This document shows, one piece after another, positions 19,037 to 29,149 of a stretch of 46,946 nucleotides of DNA. The notes under the pieces were generated by a model. It saw only the letters and a list, made by a program, of their open reading frames with translations, was not told the origin of the DNA and did not search any database. Each line of letters starts with the position of its first letter. Position 1 is the first letter of the stretch. The stretch is from positions 1 to 46,946 of the forward strand of contig JBDRZD010000003.1 in the NCBI GenBank assembly GCA_039803745.1. Direction: 5' to 3'. The position numbers and the translations under genes are program-made. The stretch is from a candidate division WOR-3 bacterium. GTDB lineage: Bacteria; Hydrothermota; Hydrothermia; Hydrothermales; Hydrothermaceae.

Positions 19037-21610
19037 ATGGGAACATTTCAAATAATAATAAGTTTGTATTTTTTAAGTATCACACCCTACTGGATACACA
19101 ATATAAATCCACAAAATATGGTTTCTCTCTCTAAGTGGATTGAAGAAATGGGTGGGAGAAAAAGGGTAATTTCCAAATTAATAAATTCCTCTTCTTTTTT
19201 CATCCCTGAAAAAGAAGCATTAAATTTGCAGAATTTTTTAAATGTAAAAAAAGTTGAAAGGTTTAAAAGACTTTCAGAAAATCTTTCTCCACTTAATATT
19301 CAAGAACTTGTTTATGAAGACTATTTAAAAATTTTAAATGTAAACAAAGTTCATGAAAAGGGAATATTAGGAGATAATGTAAAAATAGGTATACTTGATG
19401 CAGGTTTTGACTTTATTCATCCTGCTTTAAAACATCTTGCAAAGCCTGAATATAAAAGAATCTTACACACCCATGACTTTGCATCTGGAGATCATTTATT
19501 CATAAAATTCCCTTTAAATGTTTTTTATGAAATAAATTATAACCAGGCAGGTGTTGCTTATATAAATAGTTTTGATTTAAAAAAAATCCAAAATGAGGCA
19601 ATAATATTTTATAGTTATAGCCATGATTCGATACTTTATGCTCAAAATCAGTTTCAAAGGAACTTCTGGAAAATATATGCCTGTAAAGTAAATGAAATAG
19701 GCGAATTTACATTTCCACCAAAATTAATCAAAAGAGATACATTTGCAATAAAACCTTCTTTTGAAATAAGTAATAATGAAATAAATCTTGTTTATAAAAC
19801 AAGAAGGGGAAATTTCAAATTACATTTTTCAAAAATTTCAATTGATAGTTTAAATCTCTTTTCTGATACAATTATTTATTCTTCAAAGATAATAATAAAC
19901 CCATACATTTTAAATGCTTTCAACAAGTTGAACATTTTTCTCATTGATACACAGGGTTTTAAAGTTTTTTATTCTATCGATGGTGGAAATATATGGAATG
20001 AAAAATTAATTTTTGAAGGAAAATATGTAGGTTATAAGATAGAAAAAAGTGAAAATGGATTTAAAGGAGTTTGTATAAAAGGGGTTCCATGGGAAGAAGA
20101 TAGTATAATTTTATTCGGGATTGATTCACTTTTTAACCAGTTATTCTCAAAAAAAATTGAAAAAGGGGTTGAACCTGAGATTATCTTAAAAGATGATACT
20201 ATAAATTTGTGTTATTTTAATTATAAAAATCTCATATTTTCAAAATTCCTTGATACAATTCTTTTGTATCAATCAATAGTTGATTCAGGAGATTTTATAT
20301 ATTCACCTGAATTTTATTTTGAAGGAAATGAAATTAAATTAATCTATTCAAAAGAAGGTGCTACTTTTTCATATTCTTTAATTTCTCATATAATAAATGA
20401 AATTGGATTTTTCTATACGGATTTAATAAAATCAGATGGAAATGCTCTTATTATAAGAAGAAGAGGAGATGATATAGTCACATTTGAAGCGGAGAAGGAT
20501 TACGATTTTAATAGTTTCTCTCATGGAGCAAGGGTTTTAAGTGTGATTGCTGGAATGGGTGGCTTGGAACTTACAGGGGTTTCCCCTGCTTCAAAATTTA
20601 TACTTGCAAGAACAGAAAGAACAATGAATCTTTATGGAAATGAATTTGAGAATATAATTGAAGAGGATTTCTGGGTTGAAGGACTTGAATGGGCAATTTC
20701 AAAAGGTGCTCAGATAATAAACAGTTCTCTTGGATATATTTTATGGTGGAATAAAAAAGATGCTGATGGAAAAACTTCACCTGCATCAATTGCTGCAAGT
20801 AAGGCTATCAAAAAGAACGTCCTTGTTGTAAATGCCATAGGAAATCTCGGAGAAAATGAATTCCATTCCCAAATAGGTGTTCCTGACACAACTTTACATA
20901 TTCCATCTGATGCAGATTCTATAATAACAGTGGGAGGAATTGTTGTAGGGGATTCAATATATGTTCATGAAAAATCCTGTTATGGACCTGCTGCTGATGG
21001 TAGAAAAAAACCAGATGTTGTTGCTCCATGGAGTGCAAAAGTTGCATATGTTTATTTTGAGAGTTATGGTACGCAAATAGATACGATAATAGGATATGCT
21101 TATAGTGAAGGGACTTCCTATTCAACTGCAATTGTTACAGGAATATGTGCTCTTGCCTTATCTGCTCATCCCTCATGGGATGCAAGAAAATTGATAAAAT
21201 ATTTAAAACAAACCTCGCATCTTTTGAGAGATACAGCAGATAATATTTCTGGTTGGGGTTATCCTGATGCTGAAAGACTTGTTTTTATAGAAAAGCCTGA
21301 AATTCCTATACCAAAAGAAAAGATTGAAAGTGATAGACTTTTATCTCCTTATCCAAATCCAACTGAATTTGATTATATAAATTTTCCATTTATAATAGTA
21401 GAAGGAGAAAGTTATGTTGAATTTAAAATATATGATATTTCAGGGAATTTAATTTTTGAAAAAAATTTTGAACTTCTGGATTGTGGAAAACATGTTTTTA
21501 AATGGAATTTAAAAAATAAAAATGGAAAAAAAGTAGACCCCGGGAATTATATTGCTGTCTTAAAAACTTCATTTAATACATCTTACAAGAAATTTAGCGT
21601 CGTAAAATGA
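19037..21610 (+). CDS. Secreted S8 (subtilisin-like) peptidase with a large internal insert and a C-terminal FlgD-Ig/sorting-like domain
   Basis: GILDAG (Asp), SHGARV (His), GTSYST (Ser), RKKPDVVAP, PYPNP...IYDISG...WNLKN..G; AAGGAG before ATG 19037 (track start 18983). Confidence 0.87.
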   Translation: MGTFQIIISLYFLSITPYWIHNINPQNMVSLSKWIEEMGGRKRVISKLINSSSFFIPEKEALNLQNFLNVKKVERFKRLSENLSPLNIQELVYEDYLKILNVNKVHEKGILGDNVKIGILDAGFDFIHPALKHLAKPEYKRILHTHDFASGDHLFIKFPLNVFYEINYNQAGVAYINSFDLKKIQNEAIIFYSYSHDSILYAQNQFQRNFWKIYACKVNEIGEFTFPPKLIKRDTFAIKPSFEISNNEINLVYKTRRGNFKLHFSKISIDSLNLFSDTIIYSSKIIINPYILNAFNKLNIFLIDTQGFKVFYSIDGGNIWNEKLIFEGKYVGYKIEKSENGFKGVCIKGVPWEEDSIILFGIDSLFNQLFSKKIEKGVEPEIILKDDTINLCYFNYKNLIFSKFLDTILLYQSIVDSGDFIYSPEFYFEGNEIKLIYSKEGATFSYSLISHIINEIGFFYTDLIKSDGNALIIRRRGDDIVTFEAEKDYDFNSFSHGARVLSVIAGMGGLELTGVSPASKFILARTERTMNLYGNEFENIIEEDFWVEGLEWAISKGAQIINSSLGYILWWNKKDADGKTSPASIAASKAIKKNVLVVNAIGNLGENEFHSQIGVPDTTLHIPSDADSIITVGGIVVGDSIYVHEKSCYGPAADGRKKPDVVAPWSAKVAYVYFESYGTQIDTIIGYAYSEGTSYSTAIVTGICALALSAHPSWDARKLIKYLKQTSHLLRDTADNISGWGYPDAERLVFIEKPEIPIPKEKIESDRLLSPYPNPTEFDYINFPFIIVEGESYVEFKIYDISGNLIFEKNFELLDCGKHVFKWNLKNKNGKKVDPGNYIAVLKTSFNTSYKKFSVVK

Positions 21611-22965
21611 AATTCAAGAGAATTTTAATAGCAAATAGAGGAGAAATTGCTGTAAGAATCATAAACGCTTGCAAGGAGCTCGGTATTGAAACTGTCGCAG
21701 TATACTCTGAAGCAGATAGAGAATCCTTACATGTAAAACTCGCAGATGAAGCGATATGTATAGGACCAGCACCTCTAAGTGAAAGTTATTTGAATCCTGC
21801 AAGGATAATAAGTGCGGCTGAAATTACAGGATGCGATGCAATACATCCGGGTTATGGTATGTTTGCTGAAAATCCGGATTTTGCTGAAATGGTTATCACT
21901 TCTGGCTTTAAATTCATAGGACCTTCACCAGAAATAATAGAAAAAATGGGAGACAAAATATATGCAAAGAATTTTATGAAAAAAGCAGGGGTGAAAGTTG
22001 TGCCCGGTTCTGAAGAACCGATAAAAGAATTAAAAGAAGGACTTGAAATAGCAAGAGAAATAGGCTTCCCTGTTTTAATAAAGGCAGCAGGAGGTGGTGG
22101 TGGAAGGGGAATGAGAATTTCAAGAAATGAAAAAGATTTTGAAGTTAATTTTAGAACAGCAAAAGCCGAGGCGCTCGCTGCTTTTAAAGATGACAGAGTT
22201 TATATAGAAAAATTTATTGAAAATCCAAAACATATTGAAGTTCAGGTCGCAGGAAACGGTAAGGATATTTATTTACATTTTTTTGAAAGAGAATGCTCAA
22301 TTCAGAGAAGGCATCAAAAGTTAATTGAAGAAGCACCAAGCCCTTCAATAAATGAAGAGGAAAGAAAAAAGCTTTTGGAGATGGCAATTAACGGTATAAA
22401 GGCTCTTAAATATGACAGTGTCGGAACAATGGAATTTATAATGGATGAAAATAAAAACTTTTATTTCATAGAGATGAATACAAGGATTCAGGTTGAGCAT
22501 CCTGTAACTGAATTTATAACCGGAATAGACCTCATAAAACTTCAAATTAAAATTGCAGAAGGAGAGAATATAGATTTGAAACAAGAAGATATATATAAAA
22601 AGGGGCATGCAATTGAAATAAGAATAAATGCAGAGGATACAAAAAAAGGTTTTTTGCCTTCACCCGCAAAAATTGAAAAAGTTCATTTTCCTGGTGGACC
22701 AGGTATAAGGATTGATTCTTATATTTACAATGGGTATAAAATTCCCCCTTATTATGATTCATTGATTGCAAAATTAATTGTTTATGGAATAAACAGGGAG
22801 GAAGCAATAAAAAGACTCCAAAGATGTCTGGATGAAATTATAATTGAAGGACCTTGCACAACAATACCATTTTATAAGTTCTTAATAAAAAAAGATAAGT
22901 TTTTAAAAGGGAATTATACAACAAATTTTGTTGAAGAAATAATGAATGAATGGCTTTCTTTATAG
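21607..22965 (+). CDS. accC: Biotin carboxylase
   Basis: ILIANRGEIA, HPGYG, GGGGRGM, RECSIQRRHQK, EMNTRIQVEH. Confidence 0.95.
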   Translation: MKFKRILIANRGEIAVRIINACKELGIETVAVYSEADRESLHVKLADEAICIGPAPLSESYLNPARIISAAEITGCDAIHPGYGMFAENPDFAEMVITSGFKFIGPSPEIIEKMGDKIYAKNFMKKAGVKVVPGSEEPIKELKEGLEIAREIGFPVLIKAAGGGGGRGMRISRNEKDFEVNFRTAKAEALAAFKDDRVYIEKFIENPKHIEVQVAGNGKDIYLHFFERECSIQRRHQKLIEEAPSPSINEEERKKLLEMAINGIKALKYDSVGTMEFIMDENKNFYFIEMNTRIQVEHPVTEFITGIDLIKLQIKIAEGENIDLKQEDIYKKGHAIEIRINAEDTKKGFLPSPAKIEKVHFPGGPGIRIDSYIYNGYKIPPYYDSLIAKLIVYGINREEAIKRLQRCLDEIIIEGPCTTIPFYKFLIKKDKFLKGNYTTNFVEEIMNEWLSL

Positions 22966-23811
22966 ATAATTTTCTGGAAATTCTATTGAATTCAAAATTT
23001 TTTTTGCTTCTTTTGTTCCTTTAATATCATGAACTCTTATAATATCAACTTTCTTTAAAATTAAAAATGAAGTTACTGCAATTGTTGCATCCTTTCTTTT
23101 AGAAGGGTCTTCCTCTCCAATTATTTTTCCTATAAAGGACTTTCTTGAATGCCCAATAAGTAATGGATAATTTAATTTTTTAAATTCATCAATATTTTTT
23201 AAAATTAAAAGATTATCATAAACCCTTTTACCAAAACCTATTCCCGGATCTATGATTATCTGTTCATCTTCAACACCAAAATTTTTTAAAAATGAGATTC
23301 TTTCCTCAATCTCTTCTTTTATTTCTCCAATCGTATCTTTATAATAAGGATTTTTCTGCATATCCTTTGGTGTCCCTCTTATATGCATCACAATACAACC
23401 TGCTCGGTATTTCTTTATTACATGAGGCATATTTTTATCAAACTTTGTTCCAGATATATCATTAACCATATTCGCACCCTCTAAAAGTGCTTCTTCTGCA
23501 ACTTCTGATTTATAAGTATCTATAGAGATGATAATATCACTTTTTCTTCTTATCTCTTTTATAACAGGCAATACCCTTCTTTTCTCCTCTTCTAAAGATA
23601 CAGGCTCTGCTCCTGGTCTTGTAGATTCTCCACCTATATCAATTATATCAGCACCTTCATTTATAATTTCAAAGGCTCTTTCTATTGCCCTCTCTCTATC
23701 AAAGTATTTTCCCCCATCATAAAAAGAATCAGGAGTCACATTTAATATACCCATTATAAGTGGTTTATTTTCTAAAGAAATAAAACCATCTTTCACCTTT
23801 ATCCTTTTCAT
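22960..23811 (-). CDS. folP: Dihydropteroate synthase
   Basis: ILNVTPDSFYDGG, GGESTRPG, DPGIGFGK, SRKSFI, RVHD. Confidence 0.96.
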   Translation of the reverse strand: MKRIKVKDGFISLENKPLIMGILNVTPDSFYDGGKYFDRERAIERAFEIINEGADIIDIGGESTRPGAEPVSLEEEKRRVLPVIKEIRRKSDIIISIDTYKSEVAEEALLEGANMVNDISGTKFDKNMPHVIKKYRAGCIVMHIRGTPKDMQKNPYYKDTIGEIKEEIEERISFLKNFGVEDEQIIIDPGIGFGKRVYDNLLILKNIDEFKKLNYPLLIGHSRKSFIGKIIGEEDPSKRKDATIAVTSFLILKKVDIIRVHDIKGTKEAKKILNSIEFPENYL

Positions 23812-23812
23812 A

Positions 23813-23842
23813 TTGACTTTTTTAAAATTTTTCCTTTATAAT
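23813..23842 (+). promoter_or_regulatory. Putative tRNA promoter
   Basis: TTGACT, 18 nt, TATAAT. Confidence 0.6.
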
Positions 23843-23864
23843 TTATTTTCTTTAAAAAATATGA

Positions 23865-23937
23865 GGGCCCGTAGCTCAATGGGTAGAGCAGCGGACTCAT
23901 AATCCGTTGGTTGCAGGTTCGAGTCCTGCCGGGCCCA
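23865..23937 (+). tRNA. tRNA(CAT), most likely tRNA-Ile2 (lysidine-modified)
   Basis: GGGCCCG/CGGGCCC-A acceptor, GCGGA-CTCATAA-TCCGT arm; paired 1:72 and Ile2-like acceptor stem; no CCA. Confidence 0.85.
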
Positions 23938-24309
23938 TTATTCCTGAAATATTTTATTTATCTCTTTTTTAATTTCTTCAATTGAGAAAGGTTTTGGAAA
24001 GAAACCTTTCATCCCCTTAAGTTCTTTGACTTTTTCCCTTAATTCATAAGAGTCGTAGGCGGTTACTATAATAAATTTTATATCCGGATATTCTCTTTGA
24101 AGATTTGCAATGAGCTCTAATCCTGACATTCCGGGGAGTCTCACATCGGTCACAAGGAGATCATAGGGTTTTTCCTTCCATTTTTTAATAGCCTCTTCAC
24201 CAGTCCTTACACTTTCAACTTCATAATCGCTTCCAAGAATTTGACTTACAAAAAAGGCAAGAGGTGCCTCATCCTCTACAAATAGAATTCTTTTTTTACT
24301 CCCCTTCAT
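23938..24309 (-). CDS. Single-domain response regulator (REC)
   Basis: FVEDE, TDVRLPGMSG, VTAY, KPF. Confidence 0.92.
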   Translation of the reverse strand: MKGSKKRILFVEDEAPLAFFVSQILGSDYEVESVRTGEEAIKKWKEKPYDLLVTDVRLPGMSGLELIANLQREYPDIKFIIVTAYDSYELREKVKELKGMKGFFPKPFSIEEIKKEINKIFQE

Positions 24310-25816
24310 GGCTTATCACCTCTATAAATTTATCAACTATTTGAGGATCAAATTTTTTACCTGAATATTTTTTTATAAATTCAATTGCTTCATCTTTTGT
24401 AAGTTTATTAGCATAAATTCTCTCATTAGTTATTGAATCATATACATCACATATTGAAAGGATTCTTGAAAGCAGCGGAATTTCTTCTCCCTTAAGCCCG
24501 TTAGGATACCCTGTTCCATCATAATTTTCGTGATGATGTTTTATAACAGGAATCGTATCTTTTAAAAATCTTAATGGTTTTATAATTTCAATTCCTATAT
24601 TAATATGTTCTTTCATCTTTTCATATTCTTCTGGATCAAGTTCAAATGGTTTTTCCAATATATACTCTCTTATACCTATCTTTCCTATATCGTGCAACAA
24701 AGCAGCATACCTTAAGGTCTTCAGTTCCTCTTCTTTTAAACCCATTTTTTTGCCAAGCAGGTGAGATAGTCTCGCAACTCTTGATGAATGTCCTTTTATG
24801 CTTTTATCTTTTGCTTCCTGAGCTTTAACAAGGGAAAGAAGACTTTCTAAATAACTTTTTTCAAGAGAATCAAATAACATGGAATTAGAAAGAGCGATTG
24901 AAATAGTATTTAAATAAGTTTCAAAAAGAGGAAGAATTTTAAAAAATGTAACATCTTTCTTTTGGCTTCCAATCATAAATACGCCAAAAGGTTCTTTATT
25001 TTTTGTCTTTAAAAATCCTATGCTTACCTCTTTAATGCTTCCCTCAGGAAATTCCAATACCTGGGGGTCTCTTTTTTCTCTTAATTTTTTAAAAAAGGGA
25101 TGATAAAAATCAAGTTTCATATCCGGTTCAAGAAAGTTCTCAAATCCAATAAAATATTTTACAAAAAGAGTATCAGGGGAATTTTCTTCATTAAATAAAA
25201 GTGCCACATCTTGAACACTAAAGATTTTTTCCGCTCCTTTAAGGATTCCTATACACAATTTTTCAAAATCAAGTTCTTCATTTAAAGAATCACTAATTTT
25301 ATGAAGTTCTGAGAGAATTTTGAGTTTCTCTTCAAGTTCTCTATCAACTTCTCCCTTTGCAAGTTCAAGCTTATGATATGCAATTTTAAGTTCTTGATTG
25401 GCTTTTTTAAGTTCTTCAAGGAGTTTTTTATTTTCTTTTAAAAGTTTCCTTTTTATTAAAGCATTTTTAACTGCTATCTTTATCTGCTCTGCTTTAAATG
25501 GCTTAAGAATATAATCATAAGCACCCATCTTTATTGCTTCAATAGAGGTTTCAAGAGAACCAAAAGCAGTCATCATTATAACCTGGATATCCTCGTCAAA
25601 GGCTTTTGCGGCTCTTAAAACTTCTATACCTGAAAGGTCAGGTAATTTTATATCCTGCAAAATACAATCAGGGTGAAAACCTTCAATCATTTTTATAGCA
25701 TCCTCGCCTGTATAAGCGCTCCTTATTTCGTAATCAGGAGATTCACTTGAAAGGAGTTTTGCAAGGAAAAGAGTTAAAGCTTCCTCATCATCAACTATTA
25801 AAATTTTGTCTTTCAT
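24296..25816 (-). CDS. REC-(GAF-like)-HD-GYP phosphodiesterase response regulator
   Basis: IVDDE, DIKLPD, KPF; HSSRV, LHDIGK, HHENYDGTGYP. Confidence 0.92.
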   Translation of the reverse strand: MKDKILIVDDEEALTLFLAKLLSSESPDYEIRSAYTGEDAIKMIEGFHPDCILQDIKLPDLSGIEVLRAAKAFDEDIQVIMMTAFGSLETSIEAIKMGAYDYILKPFKAEQIKIAVKNALIKRKLLKENKKLLEELKKANQELKIAYHKLELAKGEVDRELEEKLKILSELHKISDSLNEELDFEKLCIGILKGAEKIFSVQDVALLFNEENSPDTLFVKYFIGFENFLEPDMKLDFYHPFFKKLREKRDPQVLEFPEGSIKEVSIGFLKTKNKEPFGVFMIGSQKKDVTFFKILPLFETYLNTISIALSNSMLFDSLEKSYLESLLSLVKAQEAKDKSIKGHSSRVARLSHLLGKKMGLKEEELKTLRYAALLHDIGKIGIREYILEKPFELDPEEYEKMKEHINIGIEIIKPLRFLKDTIPVIKHHHENYDGTGYPNGLKGEEIPLLSRILSICDVYDSITNERIYANKLTKDEAIEFIKKYSGKKFDPQIVDKFIEVISHEGE

Positions 25817-28800
25817 AGCGGTAAATAAATTTTAAAAATTGTGCCTTTTTCATGCTCTGATTCCACTTCTACTTTACCACCATGTTCCTCGATTATCTTA
25901 TGGACAATTGCAAGTCCAAGCCCTGAGCCTCCTTTTTTCGTTGAAAAGAATGGTTCAAATATATGGGGTAAATATTCCTCTTTTATTCCCTTACCATTAT
26001 CTTTACACCATAATACTACATTATTACCGATTCTTCTAAACCCGAGTTCTATTTCACCTTCTTTTTCAATTGCCTCAATTGAATTTCTTACAAGATTAAA
26101 TATAATTTCTTTAAACTGGTCTGGATCTAAATGAACAATTAATTCACTTTCTTCAAAATTCTCTTTTATCTCTATATCTTTTCCTATTGTTTCTGGTGCT
26201 AAAAGAAGAATACATTCTTTTAAAATATCAACAATATTTACAGCAATTTTTCTCACAGGTTTCCTACTTGCAAAACTTAAGAGGTTTTTAATTAACCTAT
26301 CAAGTCTGTATATTTCTTTCAAAATCATATCTATATAACCTTTAACACTATTTTCTGCTGGAAGTCTATGGCTTATAAATTCTATGCCTGTTGAAATACT
26401 GGCAAGAGGGTTTTTAATCTCATGAGCCATATAGGCTGCTATCTTACCCATAGCAGAAAGTCTTTCTGTTCTCCTAAGCTGTTCCTCAAGCTTTGCAATC
26501 TCTCTTATATCTTCTACAATTAGTATTATCCCTTTTATTATATCCTCTTTTCCATAAACAAAACTACTTGTAACAGCCAAAGGAACAACTTCGCCACTCA
26601 CACTTACTGTAAATTTTTCCTTGAATAATGGCCTCCTATTTATAAAAGAGTTCTCTATTTTACAAAATCCTCCTTCCTCATGGGTACATAAAAAATTACA
26701 TATTCTTCTTCCAATGAGTTCCTTTGGCTCTTTCTTCAAAAGTAAAGCAAATCCATCATTAACCCTTTTTATATTAAATTCTGTATCAGTTACTGCGATA
26801 CCTATTGGAATGTTTCTCAAAACCATTTCACTAAACTTCATCTCTTCTTCCAAAAAAGTAAGCATTTCATTTTTTTCTTCCTTTTCAATAATATCTTGAA
26901 TGAAAAAGGAAATTTGATTTGCGAGGTCTTCTAAAAATAAAATGTCTTCTTGAGAAAAACCATAAGTTTTTTGTGAAGACACAACAAGAACACCAAGTTT
27001 TTCTTTTTCGGTTTGGAGAGGAATTGCCACCTCGGATTTTATACTTTCAGAGACTTTAAAATAGAAAGGATTCCTTGTAACATCAGGGGAATAAATTGTT
27101 TCTCCTTTTCTAAAGGCAATACCTGAAAGTCCTTCCTCCCCTATTTTTAATTTTATATTTAGGTCTTTATATTTTTCATATCCTGAAGAGGAAATGAGTT
27201 TTAAATATTCATCTTCTTTTAACAATACACCAACAAAAGAATATCCAAGATTTTCTTTTATAATCTTACATACATCATCAAGATATTCTTTTAAAGAAAA
27301 AGCCCTAACTTCTGTTTCTAATAATTTCTTCAATGTTTGAAATAAATAAATATTCTTATTATATTTTTCTAATTTTTTTATTATTTTAAAATAAGTTTTT
27401 AAAAATTCCTTTATAAAGAAAATTGGGAGTATTTCTTTAGGATGAAGAATGTAGAGAAGTTCTTGAGGGCTTTCTTCTAAAGTTATCACAATATGCTTTT
27501 CTGAAATCTCTTCTGTAAGCGGAATCTCCTCTAATGGAATATCCCCGCTTGTGTAAGGAAAGGAAAAGACAATTTCCCATTCCTCGTTTTTTTTCTCCAT
27601 TATAAGAACTCTATCTGAACTAAAAGTTCTCGTCAAAATTTCACCTATATCTTTATAAAACAGGATAGTATCACTCCCCTCTGAAAAATGTTTTAAAAGA
27701 ATACTCATTAACTCTTTATGAAGCAAAGAAATACTTCTTCGTGTAACCGTTAAAAGAATATTTTCTATGAATTCTATTTTTTTATCAAGACTTTCTCTTT
27801 CTTTTTCAGACAAAATTTCATCTACAACAATAACAACATAACCATTTATTTTTTTGAAAGGAATAACATAAAAATAAAGAAGATTGTCAGAAAAATATCT
27901 CTCCAAGATTTTTTCCGGATTTTCTTTTAAAACTCTATTAAATCCTTCTTTGCCCTCACCATACCATATGCTTAAATTATCATAATTAATTCCAAAACCC
28001 TTAAAATCAAAAGACTTTCCCATAATCTGGACAAATTTTTCAAAACTTTCTCTGAGAGAAGTATTTTCTATATTTTTCAATAAAAAAGAGGCCACCTCAA
28101 TTTCTTTTCTCTCCATTTCTAAATCTTTATAGATGTATAAATTTTTTATAATAAATGTTAAAAAATTGGCTATTTTTTCTAAAAATCTAATATCTATTTC
28201 ATCAAAAGCATTCTTTTTTTCAGAACCTATTCCTATTGTTCCATAAACCATCTGTTTATCTTTTATTGGTATTATAAGTTCTGATTTTTCAGAAGCAGAT
28301 GATCTGTAGTATTCTTTAATTTCATCTACATCAGGAGCATAAAAGGTAACACCTGTCTCTATCACCTTTCCTGTAATTCCCTCACCAATTTTAAAAATAT
28401 TCTTTTTAAATTCTTCTTTTTTAAAAGGCTCTCTTGTACTTAATGCAAGTCTTTTATAAACTCCTAATTTTTCATCATAAAGAAATATTGTAACTTTGCC
28501 TGCCCCTGTTTCATTTAATATAAAGTCGCAAAATTTTTGCAAGAATAAATTAATATTATCAACCTGCCGAACTTCCGAGAAGAAATTAAGCACATCTTCA
28601 TAAAGGAGAGAGGGCTTTTTACTTTTAACAAAAAAAACTTTTGTATTATCCACAAGATCTATAACCTCAAAACTATAGCTATTTCTAATTTTATTTACCT
28701 CTTCTCCTTCTTTTTCATAATAAATAGAGGTAAGAAAATTTTTCAACTTTTCGTAATCATTTAAAAAATTCTCCTTTATAAATCTATCACCCTTTTCATT

Positions 28801-28893
28801 AACATAAATGAGTTTTCCATCCGCATCAAAAACTATCAATGGATAAGGAATATTCTCAATTAAGAGTAAAGGGAAATTTTTAAAAGCCTTCAT
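25813..28893 (-). CDS. Cytoplasmic PAS/GAF multi-sensor histidine kinase
   Basis: Two GEG(I/L)xG GAF motifs, PAS, AHEIKNPL, DNGKGI, FEPFFSTK, GSGLGL; no clear transmembrane segment. Confidence 0.92.
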   Translation of the reverse strand: MKAFKNFPLLLIENIPYPLIVFDADGKLIYVNEKGDRFIKENFLNDYEKLKNFLTSIYYEKEGEEVNKIRNSYSFEVIDLVDNTKVFFVKSKKPSLLYEDVLNFFSEVRQVDNINLFLQKFCDFILNETGAGKVTIFLYDEKLGVYKRLALSTREPFKKEEFKKNIFKIGEGITGKVIETGVTFYAPDVDEIKEYYRSSASEKSELIIPIKDKQMVYGTIGIGSEKKNAFDEIDIRFLEKIANFLTFIIKNLYIYKDLEMERKEIEVASFLLKNIENTSLRESFEKFVQIMGKSFDFKGFGINYDNLSIWYGEGKEGFNRVLKENPEKILERYFSDNLLYFYVIPFKKINGYVVIVVDEILSEKERESLDKKIEFIENILLTVTRRSISLLHKELMSILLKHFSEGSDTILFYKDIGEILTRTFSSDRVLIMEKKNEEWEIVFSFPYTSGDIPLEEIPLTEEISEKHIVITLEESPQELLYILHPKEILPIFFIKEFLKTYFKIIKKLEKYNKNIYLFQTLKKLLETEVRAFSLKEYLDDVCKIIKENLGYSFVGVLLKEDEYLKLISSSGYEKYKDLNIKLKIGEEGLSGIAFRKGETIYSPDVTRNPFYFKVSESIKSEVAIPLQTEKEKLGVLVVSSQKTYGFSQEDILFLEDLANQISFFIQDIIEKEEKNEMLTFLEEEMKFSEMVLRNIPIGIAVTDTEFNIKRVNDGFALLLKKEPKELIGRRICNFLCTHEEGGFCKIENSFINRRPLFKEKFTVSVSGEVVPLAVTSSFVYGKEDIIKGIILIVEDIREIAKLEEQLRRTERLSAMGKIAAYMAHEIKNPLASISTGIEFISHRLPAENSVKGYIDMILKEIYRLDRLIKNLLSFASRKPVRKIAVNIVDILKECILLLAPETIGKDIEIKENFEESELIVHLDPDQFKEIIFNLVRNSIEAIEKEGEIELGFRRIGNNVVLWCKDNGKGIKEEYLPHIFEPFFSTKKGGSGLGLAIVHKIIEEHGGKVEVESEHEKGTIFKIYLPL

Positions 28894-28894
28894 T

Positions 28895-29149
28895 TTACAA
28901 ATTATTAAGTCTTTCTTTTACATCTTTATTATCAGGGTTCTTACTCAAAATTTTCAAATATATTTCTTTTGCTTTCTCGTATTCATTGATTGCTTCATAC
29001 AAAATACCAAGATGATAAAGGGCATCTAAATTATCCTTATCCATTTTTAGAATTCTCTTTAAAATTTTTTCTGCTTCTTCATAATTATTTGTAAGTAAAA
29101 AAGTCTTAGCCTGGTCAAGCAGTAGTTCTATATTTTCTTTTATATTCAT
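28895..29149 (-). CDS. Small TPR protein
   Basis: Two TPR-like repeats (ALYHLGILYE...AKEIY). Confidence 0.75.
   Translation of the reverse strand: MNIKENIELLLDQAKTFLLTNNYEEAEKILKRILKMDKDNLDALYHLGILYEAINEYEKAKEIYLKILSKNPDNKDVKERLNNL

Noticed and set aside
19493-20464. Intein in the S8 protease
   Set aside because: No Cys/Ser at the insert start, no His-Asn end and no LAGLIDADG motif seen
23865-23937. Calling the CAT tRNA initiator or elongator Met
   Set aside because: The 1:72 pair is intact and the acceptor stem is Ile2-like; fMet is at 37848. Elongator Met is not fully excluded
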